Notes: generated from the letters alone by a model not told the origin. A DNA stretch of 64,000 nucleotides from Rebecca billardiae RCC1528 (GCA_965240325.2 OZ251243.1:806001-870000); one strand, 5' to 3'; shown: positions 11,046 to 24,689, counted from the stretch's first letter. Numbers and translations are program-made.

Positions 11046-11579
11046 TGATTTTTAAACATGATTCATGATCATGATGACTACGATATACTATATTACTATA
11101 TATATACTCGTATGCGCGCATCACTCATCATATCATCGATCGTCATGAACTACTCATCATCGTCGACGTCGTCATCAGTACTCACACGCGACGACATCCG
11201 GGACACCGGAGTCACCGGACGAGCCGACGAGATACGCGACGACGCGGACGACGAGGCACTGGCCAGCAGCACCAGGCCCAGCGCGGCCGACTCAGCAGGC
11301 CGGCAGCATTCCGTCTGAGCCCCCGGACAGTCCGGCATCAGTACATACGTGACTCGTGACGCGGGACGTGGGTCGGTCACGACTCACGTGACCTGCCGGA
11401 GTGCTCAGCCTCAGGCGAACGATGCCGCCATGATGCGCCGATATGCGCCAACTCTCCGACGCAAAGATGACTCTGGCGGCGTCCAAGTCGCCAGCACGTC
11501 CAGCGCGCGCGCGCGCGTCACGCACGCAATGCCGTGGTGCTCCTCTGTGTAGCCCGCGCCGGCTGCTCGGCTAGCCACG

Positions 11580-14500
11580 TCATTCGCGCCGCCTGCGCTT
11601 GGGCGAGGGCGACGCGGCCGACTGCCGCGCCGCCGGCTCGCTGTCCACGCCACCGCCAACGGCGGACGCGGCCAGCGCACTGCACCGCGCGCCGTCCTCG
11701 CAGCCAATGGCACCGTTCGCGGCGCCGCTTGCTCCGAGCGCGCGCTGGGGCCCATCCGCCGGTTCGAGCTTCGAGCTGTCCGGGAGTGCGCCGCGCGCCG
11801 GGCTGCCGCCGGGCGGTTGCGCGCGCACGCACCCCTCCGGCACGCGGCTGTGGGGGCGAGGGGACGGCGGCGCGCGGGCGCACGCGAGTGAGGGCCGCGC
11901 GGCCGCGCGCAGTCCGCGCACGCGCCACGGCGCGGCGAGAAGCGCAGCGCCGGCGCGCGGCGCGCACGTGTGCACGGCGCCGTCCCCGAGCATCAGGTCG
12001 TACGAGCCATCGGCGTGCACGTCGGCGACGACGGCGGCCAGCCTGCGCGCGGCGCGCGCGCGGCCGGAGGCTCAATGCGCGCAGCACGCGCGCGCGCGCA
12101 CGGCGCGCGGCGGGCTCGCCGCGCGCGCGCGCACGGCGCGGCGCGCGCACCAGTCTGTGCCACGCTCGCCCCCGTGTGTCGAGCGCTCCGAGCCGCTGGC
12201 GCCGGCAGCAGCAGCGGCGGCGGGCGCGTGCGCGGGCGGGCGGACGCGCACCTGCTGCCCTCGGGCGAACGAGGGCAGCAGCCGCCAGCGCGCGCTTCGC
12301 AAGTCGAGCTGAGTCGGCGCGCCGCCGGCCGCGTCGGCCGCGTCCGCGCCGGCTGCCATGACCACATGCCGGCCCGTGCGCGCGTTCGAGCGAACGACGG
12401 TGGCGGTGCACCAGCGCGGCTCGGGCACGTCGGTGCCGGTACCCGACGCGCCCGGCGGCGGCGCCGGCGCGGCGGGCGGCGGCAGCTCGTGGCCCGGCCG
12501 CAGCAGCACCTGAATCGAGCGCCCTTCAAGCCTCTGGTGAGCGCCCAGTGGTGGCGGCGAGTGCGCAGCTCCGGGCGCGGCGGCCGGCGCCGCACCGCCC
12601 TCGTCCGCGCTCGAGCTGAGCTCGGCGCCCGCGTCGTGCGCGCCGCCGTCCGCGCGGCTCGCGCGCCGGCCGGCCGCGGCGACGCGGCGCGTGCTCAGCA
12701 CAATGCGCAGCGGGTGGCTCAGGTCGGGCGTGGCGCGTGCGCCGCCGCCGCCGCCGCCGCCCTTGCGCGCAGGCCGTGAGCGCGCGGCGCGCGGCGCGAC
12801 GGCCCCCGTGCTACGCGCGCGCGCGGGCAGGGCGAGCGACGCGCCGGCGGCGGCGGCGCCTCCGTGCGCGGCGTCGGCCGCGCGGTGTGCGCCGCCACTC
12901 TCGCCGCCGCCCGCGGGCTCGAGCGGCGCGCCGTCCGCGGGCGGCGCGCCGTGCTGCGCGCGGAGCTGCACCAATCGGCTCGCGTACGCACCCTGTGCCT
13001 TAGCGACGAGCGAGGTCGACGCGGTGAGTAGCCCGTCCGCCGAGGCCCACGCGCGGGAGTTGACGTCGTTGTACTTGAGCGCGTTCCGGCAGATCAGGCA
13101 CAGGTCGGCGACGAAGTCGGCGAACGACGAGTACGCGCGGCGCGCGAGCTTGGACGCCATCGTGCCGAAGTCCATCGGCTGCGAGATCGCGATCTCGTAC
13201 CCGGGCAGCCCTCGCGGCCGAGTCTGAAAGAAGCCATTGAGGTCGAGCGCACGCACGCGCGGCAGCAGCTCGGCGAGGCACGCGTGCAGCAGCTCGGCCT
13301 CCGCCACCCGGAGCGCGGCCGAGGGCGCGGAGGTCTCGGCAGCCGCGGCGGTGGCGACGCCGCCGCCGCCGCCGCCGCCATCGCCGCCGCCGCCGCCGCC
13401 GCCGTCGCCGAGCGCGGCCGAGGTCGCGCCGCCGCCGTCCGCGCGTCCCGGCTCGTCGGAGCCCGCGCCGCCGCCGCCCGCGCCGTCGGCCGCGGGATGG
13501 GCGGGCGCGGCGGGCGCGCCACTCGCCACCCCGACGCCACCGCCGCGCGGCGAGACGCCCATGCCGCCGCCATCGGCGAGCGACGGCGCGCCGCCCGCCA
13601 GCAGCGACGCGTGCACGCGCGCCCACGTGCGACCGTCCGGCGCGCGGCCCGTCACCACCGCCGACAGCAGCGAATGGAGCGCGTCCGCGTCCACCTCCAT
13701 CCTGCTGAGCAGCTGCGCGTTGCTCAGCAGCACGTCGCAATCCGCCAGCACCGCCTCCGGCTGCCGGTAGTACCCGCTGCGCAGCCGCCGCTGGATGAGC
13801 GGCAGGTCGATCGGAGCGCTCACCGCTCGCCACCAGCTGGCCTCGTCCGCGCGCGCCGGCGCGACGACGACCGCGCGCAGCGCGGGGATGGCCAGCGCGG
13901 CCTCGACGCGCGCGCGCGCCGCGTCGAGCTCGGCCTGCCGCGCGCGCGCGAGCGCGCGCGCCGCGCACAGCGGCGCGAGCAGCTCAGACGCCTCCGCCGC
14001 GGCCGACGCCGCCACGTCTGGCTCCTCTGAGAAGTCGAGCTCCCAAGGGCTCAGCCACTCGGCGCCGCCCGCGGCGGCGGCGGCGGCGGCCTCGTCGAGC
14101 GCGGAGTACGGCGCGTGCGCCTCGAGCCCGGCGGCGCCCTCGCCCTCCGCCGCCGCGCCCGCGGGCGCGCCGCCCGGCGGCAGCCACGCCACTTGGACCG
14201 CTTCCCACGCGCTGCGCACGTCCGCACGGACCGAGAGGACGTTTCCGGGAAACCACTCGTCGCGCGCGCCGTCGGCGGAGGCGTAGCACACGCGCACGCG
14301 CCGGCCGCGCGGCGCATGCGGCTCCGCCGCGCCGCCGCCGCCGCCGCCGCCCAGCTCCGCACGCAGCCGCGCGAGGTGCACGAGCGAGGTGGCGAACTGG
14401 TCGGCCGGCACCAGAAAGTCCGGGAGTTCGGTCCTGGTGAGCGTAAGCGAGAAGCGATGGCCGTGCAGCGCCGACGCGCCGTCGAGGAGCGCCGCGGCGT

Positions 14501-14882
14501 CGGGCAGCCGCGCGCACTCGAGCTCGACGTTGGCGGAGCGCACGAGCAGCTCGACGTGCGCGCACAGCGCGGGCAGCGCCGCCGCCGCCGACGCCGACGC
14601 CGACGGCGCGCCGCCCGGCGCGAGCGCGCCGGCCGGCGCGGCGGCGCTGCCGTCGTCGAGCGCAGAATATGTGACGCCGACGACGGCGCACGGCAGCGCG
14701 GGCGGCAGCGACGGGTACGTCTGGTACGGCGGCGGCTGCGCGGCGTGGCCCTCGCCCAGCGCGCCGTGCATCGCGTGCAGCTCGTGCCCCTCGCGCAGGT
14801 ACACGAGCACGTCTCCCACCTGCGGTGCGTAGACGCACGCGCGCTGCCGATCTCGCAGCAGCCAACCATCGTCCGCGGCCGT

Positions 14883-14915
<33 letters not shown>

Positions 14916-15689
14916 GTGGCTTTGATGCGCGGCGTGGTGCCGCCGCCGCGTCTCGTCGCGCGACTCCTCCGCGCTCTCGTCGCCCGCCGACGAGCCGTCG
15001 TCCAGCACGGCCGTGCGCGCGCGGCCGCGCAGCCGCGCGCGCGCGCGCGGCGCGCTGCGAGATCGAGTGCGCTCACTGCCACCGAGGCGGTGGCCGCGGC
15101 TGCCGCCCGCGCGCGCGGCGTTTCGCGTGCGCCGGCGCGTGGGCCGCGCGCCAGGCTCCATGTCGCTCTCGCTGCCGTCGTCGTTGAGCGCGTCCGAGCC
15201 CGAGCCGCTGTCGCTGTCGCTGTCGTCCCAGTCCCGCCTGCGGCCGCGGCCGCGGCGCGCGACGCGCGCGCCGCCGCGGCGCGCGGGCCGCGAGCCTCGC
15301 GTGCGCCGCGCGTAGGCGCCGCCGCCGCCGTCGTCCGAGTCCATGTACTCGACCTCGTCGTCGTCGTCGTCGCTCGAGCCCGAGCGCGCGTGCGCGCTGT
15401 AGTCCTCGTCCTTCACGTCGTCGCCGCCCTCCTCCTCCTCCTCCTCCTCCGATGAAGGCACCGCGCGCCGCCGACGCCTCGCGGCCGCGCCGCCGCCGCC
15501 GCCGCCGCCGCCGGCCGCGCGCCGCTGGGTGCGGGCCGGCGGCGGTGCTGGCTCGAGCTGCAGGGCAGCGCCCGCGTGCGGCCCGGCCGGCGCGCCGAGC
15601 TGGGCGATGCCGAAGGGGGCTGGCGGCGCTGCACCAGCGCGCGCCAAGGCGCCCGGCGGCGCGCCACCGTTGCCCGCGCCTCGCGGCCA

Positions 15690-15735
<46 letters not shown>

Positions 15736-15885
15736 GCCGCGGCGTCGGGCTGCGCGGCGGCGCCGCCGGCGGCGGCGTCCAGGGGCGCGTCGCCGAACGA
15801 GGGCCACGCGGGCGGCGCGATCAGCACGAACCCGTCTGGCAGGGCCGCGCCCGCTGCCAGCGGTTGCTGGCCCGGCGGCGGAGCC

Positions 15886-15948
<63 letters not shown>

Positions 15949-18371
15949 GGCGGCGGCGGCGGCGCCGCCGCCGGCTCATGCGGCGGCGGCGGCGGCGGCG
16001 CGGCCGCCGCGGGCGGGCGCGGCCTGCGCCGCCGCGCGAGCGCCGCGCGCTGCCTCGCGCTCGCGCGCTGCACCGCCTCGGGGTGCGCCCGGCCGCTCAG
16101 GTCGACCAGCGGCCCCGGGGCCATCAGGTGCGGCGGCAGCTGCGTGCTCGAATCCAACACGTTGTAACGAGAGTCTCGGACTAGGCCGCTGTAGTCAGTG
16201 GCGAAGAACTGCTGCTCGGGCGCGGCGGCCATGGCCGCGCCCGCGGCGCGCGTGCCCACGATCTGTATCTTCCCCTCCAGGTCGGTCGTGGCGAACAGCG
16301 TGCCGCTCGGGTCGAAGCGGCCGTCGAGCAGCGGCGCCCAGGCGGGCCCTCCGCCAAAGCTGGCGAGGACGCGCGCGCTCAGCGCGTCGATGAGCGAGAC
16401 CTGCCCGCCGTAGCTGCCGCTGACGAGGACGTTGGGGTCGAAGGGGTGCGGCTCGAGCACGTACGTCGGCGTGCGCGCCGTGTCGATGTGCCGCAGCATC
16501 TGCCCCGTGCGCGCGCACCACGTCCGGATCGCCGCACCCAGGCAGTCATTGTTCGAGCGGCGCGCGCGCTCAGATTCCGAGGTGACGATCAGACGGTCGC
16601 TCGCCGTCCACTGCGCCATGTCGACCCAGAGCAGCGGCGGGTTGCGGACGTGCGCGCCGCGCGCCGCGCCGCCGTCGGGCATGCCCCCCGCGCCGCCGCC
16701 GTCGCCGCGCCGCCGCACGGCGAGCACGAGCTCCGCCTGCGCCGCTTCCTTCGGCCGGGCGGACCAGAGCGGCGGCCAGTTGAAAACGCGCGCGGTGCCG
16801 TCTCGAGAGCAGGTGAGAAGCCGGCGCGCGCACGTGCTGAAGGCCATGTGGCCGACCCAGCCCGTGTGCCCCGCGAGCGTGGCGTGCGCGCCCGGCGGCG
16901 CGCGCGCGTGCGCGCCGCGCCGCCGCGCCGGCTGCCGCTTCCTCGCCCCGGCCCGCTCCGTCGATGGCCGCTCCACCGCCGGCCGAGCGATCACGGTGCC
17001 GCCGACGACGAGCAACCCGCCGTCGGCGGCGGCGGGCTTGCGCGACGCGCGCGGCTCGCTCGGCGCGCGGAGCACCCACGCGCGCACGGCGCCGTCGGAG
17101 GACGACGCGACGAGCGCGTCGCCGCACGGCTCGAGCGCGACGCACACGATGTCGCTCGGCGCCGGAGTCGGCAGGCCGTCGGCGCGCGGCGCCGGCGCCG
17201 GCAGCTCGAAGCGAGTCGGAGGCTCGTCGAGCGCCGCGGTGTCGAAGGCGAAGCACACGCCCGCCGAGCAGCCGACGACGAGCGTGTGCGCCGCGCCGGC
17301 GTGGGCGTCCTCCGCCCCGTCCTCCCCGCCCTCGTCGCCCCCGCCGCCACACCCACTCACAGCCGGCGCGCCGGCCAGCACGGCCGCCGCGGCCGGGCTC
17401 GAGAAGAGCAAGCAATTTATCGGCTCGGACTGGCTCAGGAGCGTGCGCACGGGCGCGCCGTCGTCGACGTACCACAGGCGGACGGTGCCGTCGTTCGACG
17501 CCGAGGCGAGCAGCACGTTCGCCGCGTCCACCGCCAGGTCGGTCACCACGCCCTCGTGCCCGCGCATCGTGCGCAGCAGCAAGGCGCTCGACGCACACCA
17601 GGCCTTCACGAGGCGGTCGTCCGCTCCTGTGAACAGTACCGAGCCGGTGCGGTCGAAGAGGAGGCAGTACGCCTCGAGGCGGTGGCCGTGCACGGTCTTG
17701 ACCACCTCGAGCCGCGACGCGTGCACCGCCGACGCCGGACGCACCGAGCGGACCGCGCCGCCGCCGAGCTCGCGCGCACGCAGCTGCTCGTGCGGAGGTG
17801 CGCGCCGCGCCGCATCCATGTCGGCCAGGTCGCCGCGCGGCGCGAGGAGGCGGCGTGAGCGCGGCAGCGGCGCGCGCGAGCGCCACTGCCACAGCGCGCA
17901 CGGCTCAAGGGGAGGCTCCTCCGCCGTGGCGCGCAGCGTGCGCGGCGGCGTGGGCGAGCCGACGCCGGCGCCGACGCCGACGCCGACGCCAGCCAGGCCG
18001 ACCGCGGCTGCGCGCTGCTGCGCGGCCGCGGGCAGCGCGGCGAGCGAGCTGGGCCCGGCGCCGAGCAGCGTCCAGGGCGGGGTGGAGAGCCGTGCCGAGG
18101 GCGGTATCGCCTCGTACGACCGGCGCATCAGCGCCTCGAGCAGCCTTGGGAGCGTGCTGCCGTCGACGTGTGCGTGCGCGGCGCGCACACACGCGTACGA
18201 CGGCGCACGCGACGCGCACGCGACGACGCCACCGACGTGCCCGCCGGGGAGCAGGCGGCGCGCCTCCACGGCGCGGCGCGCCGCGTCAAACGCCTCGGGA
18301 GGCAGGCGATCCTCCAGGAAGCGGAGCGCGAGCAGCACGAGCTCGCCCTCGTCCACCTGCGCGGGCACCAT
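11580..18371 (-). CDS. BRWD/PHIP-like protein: N-terminal ELVLLALRFL segment, WD40 repeats, two bromodomains, Tudor-like C-terminal domains
   Basis: GHRLEAYCLLFDRTG..TGADDRLVKAW, GHEGVVTDLAVD, PEQQFFATDY..L.RD, YAPQVGDVLVYLREGH. Bromodomains PIDLPLIQRRLRSGYYR..D...LLSNA and PMDFGTM..KL...Y....F..D..LI..NA.KYN. Introns 12043-12150 and 11848-11967 restore TDWLAAVVADVHADGSYDL. Ends in NLS-like PKRRRRE. Confidence 0.85.
15888..15947 (-). repeat. (CAG)n poly-glutamine tract of about 20 Q in the BRWD-like gene
   Basis: Pure ctg run on the + strand. Confidence 0.9.
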
Positions 18372-18556
18372 GGCGAGTGGCGAGCGACCACCGGCCTCCC
18401 TTCCGCCGCGCCGGTGCGCAGTGCGCACGCACGCCGGGGCCCCCGTGGGCCCAGCCGGACAGCGCGGACCGGCTTCTCAGACTCCGCGCTTGGGCCCGCT
18501 CGCGGAGGCTGGTCCCGACGGCGGCACGCCCGACGGAGCGCGACGCGGACGTGGCC

Positions 18557-19252
18557 ATGGCACGACGCCGCGCCCCGCCGCGCGATGGCGCAACCGCCTA
18601 CGCGGCCGCGCCCCTGAGCGAGCGCCAGCAGACGCATGCTGCCGCGAACGCGGCCGCCGGCGCGCGCGGCGCGATGCGCAACGCGACGAGCAAGCGGCCG
18701 GGCGATCACGATGATGAGCTCGGAGGCATGCGCAGCGTGAAGCGGATGCGCGAGGATGCGCGGCACGCCGTCGACGCGCGGGCGGGACACGGGCCTGACG
18801 CGTCAGAAGCCGCGGACCCGTCCGCACCCGGCATGCGCGCATCCCACGGCCGCGACCCGATCCACGAGCTGATCCGCTGCCCCATCACACTCGAGGTGAT
18901 GAAGTGCCCCGTTTTCGCCTCGGACGGGCACACGTACGAGGCGCGCGCCATCGAGTCATGGCTGCAGGATCACCCGACCTCGCCTGTCACGCGCGAGCCC
19001 ATGGACTCGCGCTCGCCGCGCCCAAACTTCTCGCTGCGCCACTTGCTGAGCGATCTCGGCCACGAGCTGGAGCCGCCGCCTCCGACCGACCGGGCCGCCC
19101 CGCTGTGCGACATGGCGGCGACGCCGACGGCAGCTTCGGAGCTCGCGCTCGGCTCGGAGGCACCATGGCCCATCCTCGCACTCCGCCTCACGCTCGAGCT
19201 ACTGCTCGGCGCTGCTTTCAACGCGTACGCCATCTCGCACCTCAGCAGCTGA
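18557..19252 (+). CDS. U-box E3 ubiquitin ligase-like protein with hydrophobic C-terminus
   Basis: CPITLEVMKCPVFASDGHTYEARAIESWL....TSPVTREPM....PNFSLR is a canonical U-box. Start codon is inferred. Confidence 0.8.
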   Translation: MARRRAPPRDGATAYAAAPLSERQQTHAAANAAAGARGAMRNATSKRPGDHDDELGGMRSVKRMREDARHAVDARAGHGPDASEAADPSAPGMRASHGRDPIHELIRCPITLEVMKCPVFASDGHTYEARAIESWLQDHPTSPVTREPMDSRSPRPNFSLRHLLSDLGHELEPPPPTDRAAPLCDMAATPTAASELALGSEAPWPILALRLTLELLLGAAFNAYAISHLSS

Positions 19253-19920
19253 GGACAACGATGCGGTCGGCCGGCCGAGGCTGCATGCGCGTGCGGGCGG
19301 ACAACGCGAGCCCGCGCGAGGCCCGTGCCTGCGCGCATTCCCTGTTCGCCCTGCCATCCCAACGAGGTCGCCCATGCGCACGCTCGGGCGGCACTGCCCC
19401 GCGCCACTGCTCCGCGTCGCGTGCCACGCTCCGACGCGCCGCACGAGCGAGCAGGGCAGCGAGGCGTCGCGCGCATGCTCGGCCGCGCATGCATGCCATC
19501 GCCGAATCGAATGGCAATTCGTCGATGCTGCACTCGGCGACTCTTCGGTGGCTCAGTGCTGAGGCGCATGGTTGCGGCAGACGTGAAGTCTCGCCGCACC
19601 ATGTGCACGACGGGCGTCAGCTGTCAGTCTGGCCGCGGTCAATCTGACACTCGACGGCGACGCCAAGCGTCGCGCGCGCTCGTCAATCGCGTCTCACGAG
19701 CGCCCGGCGCTCACCATTGACATTCGGAAATCCTCACATTCACATTGTCACGCTGTTGATCGTGAGCACTGGATTGGTTCCACACCACACCGCCTTGTAG
19801 ACGAAATCAGAGTCGCCAAAACCAAGCCGACAAAAAGTCCGGCTCCGCCGAACGGCTCCGCCATTGTGAAATAAAGGCGGCGATTCACGTCCCGGGCATC
19901 GTGCTCGGCACGAGTTGACG

Positions 19921-20754
19921 ATGGTGCGTGTGCATCGCGGCATCGCCCACTGATGACATCATTGCACTGTCGTGCGCGCTACTCACAGCCAGTGCACCGC
20001 GCGCCGCGCCGGCCGCGTCCGCGCGCAGGCGGCCCGCCCAGCGCTCGATGCGGTCCCCACAGCCGAGCTGCTCGAGGAGCTGCGCCGGAGGCTCGATGAG
20101 CCGGAGCAGAAGCGCATGATCCTGGTCGGCCCGCCCGGCTCAGGCAAGGGCACGCAGGCACCGATCATCAAGGACCGGTTCTGCCTGTGCCACCTGGCCA
20201 CGGGTGACATGCTTCGTGCCGCTGTCGCGGCGGGGACGGAGATGGGCAAGGCGGCAGACAAGGTCATGAAGTCGGGAGGGCTCGTCTCGGATGAGATTGT
20301 GGTCGGCATCATCAAGGATGCGATCGACCAGCCGGAGTGCAAGAACGGCTTCATCCTCGACGGCTTCCCGCGCACGGTCGTGCAGGCGCAGAAGCTCGAC
20401 GCGATGCTCTCGGACAAGGGGCAGACCATCGACAACGTGATCGAGATGAAGATCGACGATGAGCTGCTAGTGTCGCGCATCACCGGCCGGCTCATTCACG
20501 CCGAGAGCGGTCGGAGTTACCACAAGACATTCCGGCCGCCCAAGGTGCCGATGTGCGACGACGAGACGGGCGAGCCGCTGATGCAGCGCGCAGACGACAA
20601 CGAAGAGACGCTGCGCAAGCGCCTCGGCGCCTTTCACAAGCAGACGCAGCCGGTGGTCGACTACTACGCTCAGAAGGGCATCTATGCCAAGATTGACGCG
20701 GCGGAGAAGGCGGACACCGTCAAGAAGGCGATCATGGACATCCTGACCGCCTGA
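19921..20754 (+). CDS. ADK: Adenylate kinase (AK2/ADK type)
   Basis: [33 protein letters not shown] region [22 protein letters not shown] at 19921-19923 is followed by GT..AG intron 19924-20028, in frame with exon 2. Confidence 0.93.
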
Positions 20755-21979
20755 GCGTTTGGTGCTCCGGGCTGCATGTGAGGGGCGTGCGTACATGGGC
20801 CGCCGCTCGTGTGCGCCGTCTGTGACAGCGTCGCTCGCCGCTTGACACCGCTCAGCAGCTGCCGCTGGTGTGACAATGCTGAGGAGCGCCGACTGCGGGC
20901 GGCCGAGTGCAGCATGGCACCGTCGTCTGTCGACATCGGGGCCATTATACATATCAGTCATCAATCAGTGGTCGCAGGCTTGCTGCTGCTGGCTGACGGC
21001 CGGTGGCTGCCAGTAGTGCCTCTGAGTGCTGAGCCAGTTCCCGCTGATGAGCAATAATATTAATAATAAGCGCATCAGCGCGCGCATCGTCAGAATAATA
21101 TATATAATACGCCGCGCCAAATAATAAATAATTTAATGATGATTACGACGACGACGCGAGCCACCGCCCTTATATTACAGTATGATACTCTACTCGGCAG
21201 TCTCGGACCCTATACTATACTGTCCGTTGAATAACACCGCAGAGTGAGAGTCCGCGCAGTTCAGACCGATAGTGATGATGACTACAGTGACTAACTACGT
21301 CTACGGTCAACGACAACCGCGAGGAGGCGCGATGCTGAGGACCGATGCTGATGCCGATCAATGACCTCAGACCTGCGCCCGCGGGCGCGGGCGGCCCGTT
21401 GTGTCTTGTTGAGTGACCGGGCACACCGGCGGCCCGTTGCCTGCACTGACGACCGTCATTTGGCTCATGCACTTGCCGTGTGCGCCGCCGTCAGGCCGCG
21501 TGCGGCGCGGCCTGACGCCGCCGCATAGGCGCATTCTCAGTGACTCAGAATCATTCTCAGGTGCCGACGGTGGCAGCCCGACTGGCCCGCCATTGTCACG
21601 CCATGTTGATGTTCTGATGACTGATTGCGATGTATTGCAGCTCGGACCGGGCCATCTGATTGCGGCCATCATCGTCTGGCATCATTACTCTCGCAAGCTA
21701 AGTCGCAGGCGCGCCGCGGAGTTGTCTACTCTTATAGCTATCGCCGACCGCCGACAGCGCGCTAGCAGACCATCAGTCACGAATTATGGATGCTGGATAT
21801 CCGGGACGTCAGAGACCTCTGACGACTCTGATTCTTATCACATCACGCGGCGCGGCTGAAACTTATATCAGCTCAGCGCAGCAGTAGCTAGTATGGCGTA
21901 TATACGGTATAGCAAATGTTGCACTCATCACTGCTATACGATTCTAGTTCTCAACGAGTTCAGACTTCAGAGACTGAGT

Positions 21980-22112
21980 CTGAGAGAGATCGAGAGAGAG
22001 AGAGATCGAGATCGAGAGAGAGATCCAGAGAGAGATCCAGAGAGAGAGAGAGATCGAGAGAGAGAGAGAGACGAGAGAGACGAGAGAGACGAGAGAGAGA
22101 GAGAGAGACGAG
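21980..22112. repeat. Imperfect (GA)n microsatellite
   Basis: gagagagatcgagagagag... visible directly. Confidence 0.9.
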
Positions 22113-22170
22113 AGCGCATCAGTCATCATCACGATGACTGCTGCTGTAACTGATCGATGATATGGTAACG

Positions 22171-22172
<2 letters not shown>

Positions 22173-22240
<68 letters not shown>

Positions 22241-22270
22241 GTATACATATATATGTGTGTGTGTATATAT
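22173..22270. repeat. (AT)n microsatellite abutting the terminus of element copy 2
   Basis: About 60 bp of perfect AT, followed by degenerate AT/GT. Confidence 0.95.
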
Positions 22271-24301
22271 GACCGCGTTCCGCGGTCCTTTTCCGTAGAA
22301 CCAACGCAGTTGGGGGCCCGCGGCGCAGTGGTTGAGAATGAGACCGTGACGTCGTCAATCCGCACGGTCTGGCGTCTGCCTGGCAGTCAGACAGGCCGAG
22401 CCGCACCGTCTCGGAGAGTGAGTGAGAGTCAGACCCGTCCGTCGGACTCGCGGCGCGTGAATGGGCGCGCCGACGGCCAAGGGTGGCACGGGACACCAGC
22501 GGACGGGCCGCGCGGGGAAGCGGGGCGGCGCGCGCGCAGGGCGAGAGGCGCGGACGGGCCGCGCGGGGAAGCGGGGCGGCGCGCGTGCAGGGCGAGAGGC
22601 GCCGCGCGGCGCGGGCCGGCGCGTGCGCGCGCGCGCGCGCACCTGCTTGAGGTGCTCGCGCTGCGCCATGCGCTCGACGAAGGGCCGCTGGTCGCTCAGC
22701 CGGCGCGCCTCGGGCCGGCATAGCGAGAGCGCGCGCCACTGCTGCCCGCCCACGCTGCGCAGCCACGCGCAGACCGAGCGGAGCTCGGGGTGGGACGAAG
22801 CGAGTGGCGTGTCGCGCCCGCCGCCAGGCGCACGCGTGCCCTGCTCCGCACCGCGCCGCCGTGCTCGCCCGCCGCCTGCTCCGCCGCGTCGGCCTCGAGG
22901 ATGGCGGCGGCCAGCGGCAGGCTGAGCGGCGCGCGCTCGCCCACCGTAGCTTCGAGGGCCGTCCACACCTGCTCGAGCTGCTGCAGGGCGTGGACAAGGG
23001 CAGCGCGCGCGCCCAGCGCATCCGTGCCGCGTGACGCAGCGCGTCGAGCTCGGCGTCTCGCTTCGCCAGCTCGGCGCCCAGCGCCTCTGCGCGCACGCGT
23101 CGAGCTCGGCGTCGCGCTTTGCCAGCTCGGCGCCCAGCGCCTTCACGCGCACGTGCTCGTGTATCTGCGCGCGCACGGCCTGCGCGCCGCCGCCCATCTG
23201 CGCGCGCAGACTCGGACTCGTCGCGGCTGGCTGCTAGGGAGTGCTAGGGTGCGCGCCGCGTAGTCGATGGCCAAGGCCTGCAGCCAGCGCGCCTGCACCG
23301 AGAAAAGAAGGCGCGGCACGCGCGCTATAACCCAGTCCACGCAGACACGCGAGCGCGTGCTGGAGCGGCGCGCCGGGGCAACCGTCCACGTCGGCCGCGC
23401 GGGAGCCGCAGGTACTCTCGCGTGCCTGCGCGACGCAGCGCGCACGCACAGCGAAACGGGCGCGGGGTAGAAATCAGGAGAGCGCCGCCGCCCGCGCACC
23501 ACCCCACCGAGAGTGCGCACATGCGCACGCCACGACATGGCACGACATGGCGCACGAGTCGGACGCAACGCCCGACAGACAGAAGCCTTCGAAAATCCGC
23601 GCGCGCCCGCAAACGCGGCCGCGCGCGCGGGCGGGCGCGCGGGCGGGCGCGCGGGCGTGCGTGCGCCACCCGCGCGGGAGGCGCCCGCGGCCGCGCGGGC
23701 GGCGCGCGCGCGGCGCGCGCTCCGCGCGGTCGTCCACACCGATGGCGGTCGATCGAGGGCGACGAGGGCTCGCCCCGTTTTGGAGCGAGCGCGTGCCGCG
23801 CGCCCCCTGGCCCCCAACTGGGTATGATAATACCCACAATTACCCAAAATGACCTTATGCCCCCAACACCGTTAGCGAGCCAATGTACTGATATGATAGA
23901 CTGAACGAGAGTACCCACAATTACCCAATATACTCCAGTAGTGAATACGACCCCGACGAAGCCAATATATATCGGTTGGTTACTTCGCTGATCCCGTAAG
24001 GACGTGCAAAAATAGCCTCAAAGAAGCTGACGCTTGTATTGGACTTGTAACCGTCCTACTTCACACAGAAGTGAACTCTCACGCCCGGCCGTCCACGATT
24101 GATTAGGGGAATGTCGTGGACGCGGTTTTTTTCTCCGTGATGCATGTGTAGAGAGGGTCTCAAAATTCGAAACTCGGTCTCCGCCAGCCCTAAAAATCGG
24201 CCCCCGCGTCCCTTTTTCTTGATCAAAGATCTTTTTGAAACGTGGTTCCGGCCCGCTGGTGCGGGCTCCACGCTGCGCGCTCCGCCCTGCACCGCGGGCC
24301 A
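22271..24301 (-). mobile_element. Non-autonomous Helitron2/Helentron-like element, copy 2, carrying a spliced-gene fragment
   Basis: Hairpin 22271-22287, subterminal GGCCCGCGGCG 22315-22325, terminal CACCGCGGGCC 24290-24300. The ~140-bp terminal block is nearly identical to the reverse complement of 59511-59650. Confidence 0.8.
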
Positions 24302-24689
24302 TCATCAAAATAAGGTACCGCCGCCGGTCCTGACGTACCGGATTCCCGCGTACGGACCGACCGCGCCGCGGGCCGGTCACAGCGCCATTGATAGTCGTGT
24401 CAGTAAAAACTGTGCCCTGGCGGGCGGGGGGGTCGGCGGGCCGTGCCAGTGCTGTCGCAATGTATCCTCTGCGGGTTCGCGTCCTTCCACATTCGCTCGT
24501 GGCCGTGGGTGACGGACAGTCGAGTGCAAGCGGACCAGTGACACGTGAAGTTGGCTCCCCGACGTGTCACACGTCTCAGTCTGTACTCTTATGCGCATCA
24601 GCGAGGCCCCACACCCACGAGGGAATGTGCAGCACGCGGGGCGGGGCGGGTAGCCCGTTGCTCCGCGCGAGCGCGGGTACGCGCTGTAT

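Noticed and set aside
21893-22153. RE/RD-rich ORF resembling a splicing factor
   Set aside because: It is the translation of a GA microsatellite.
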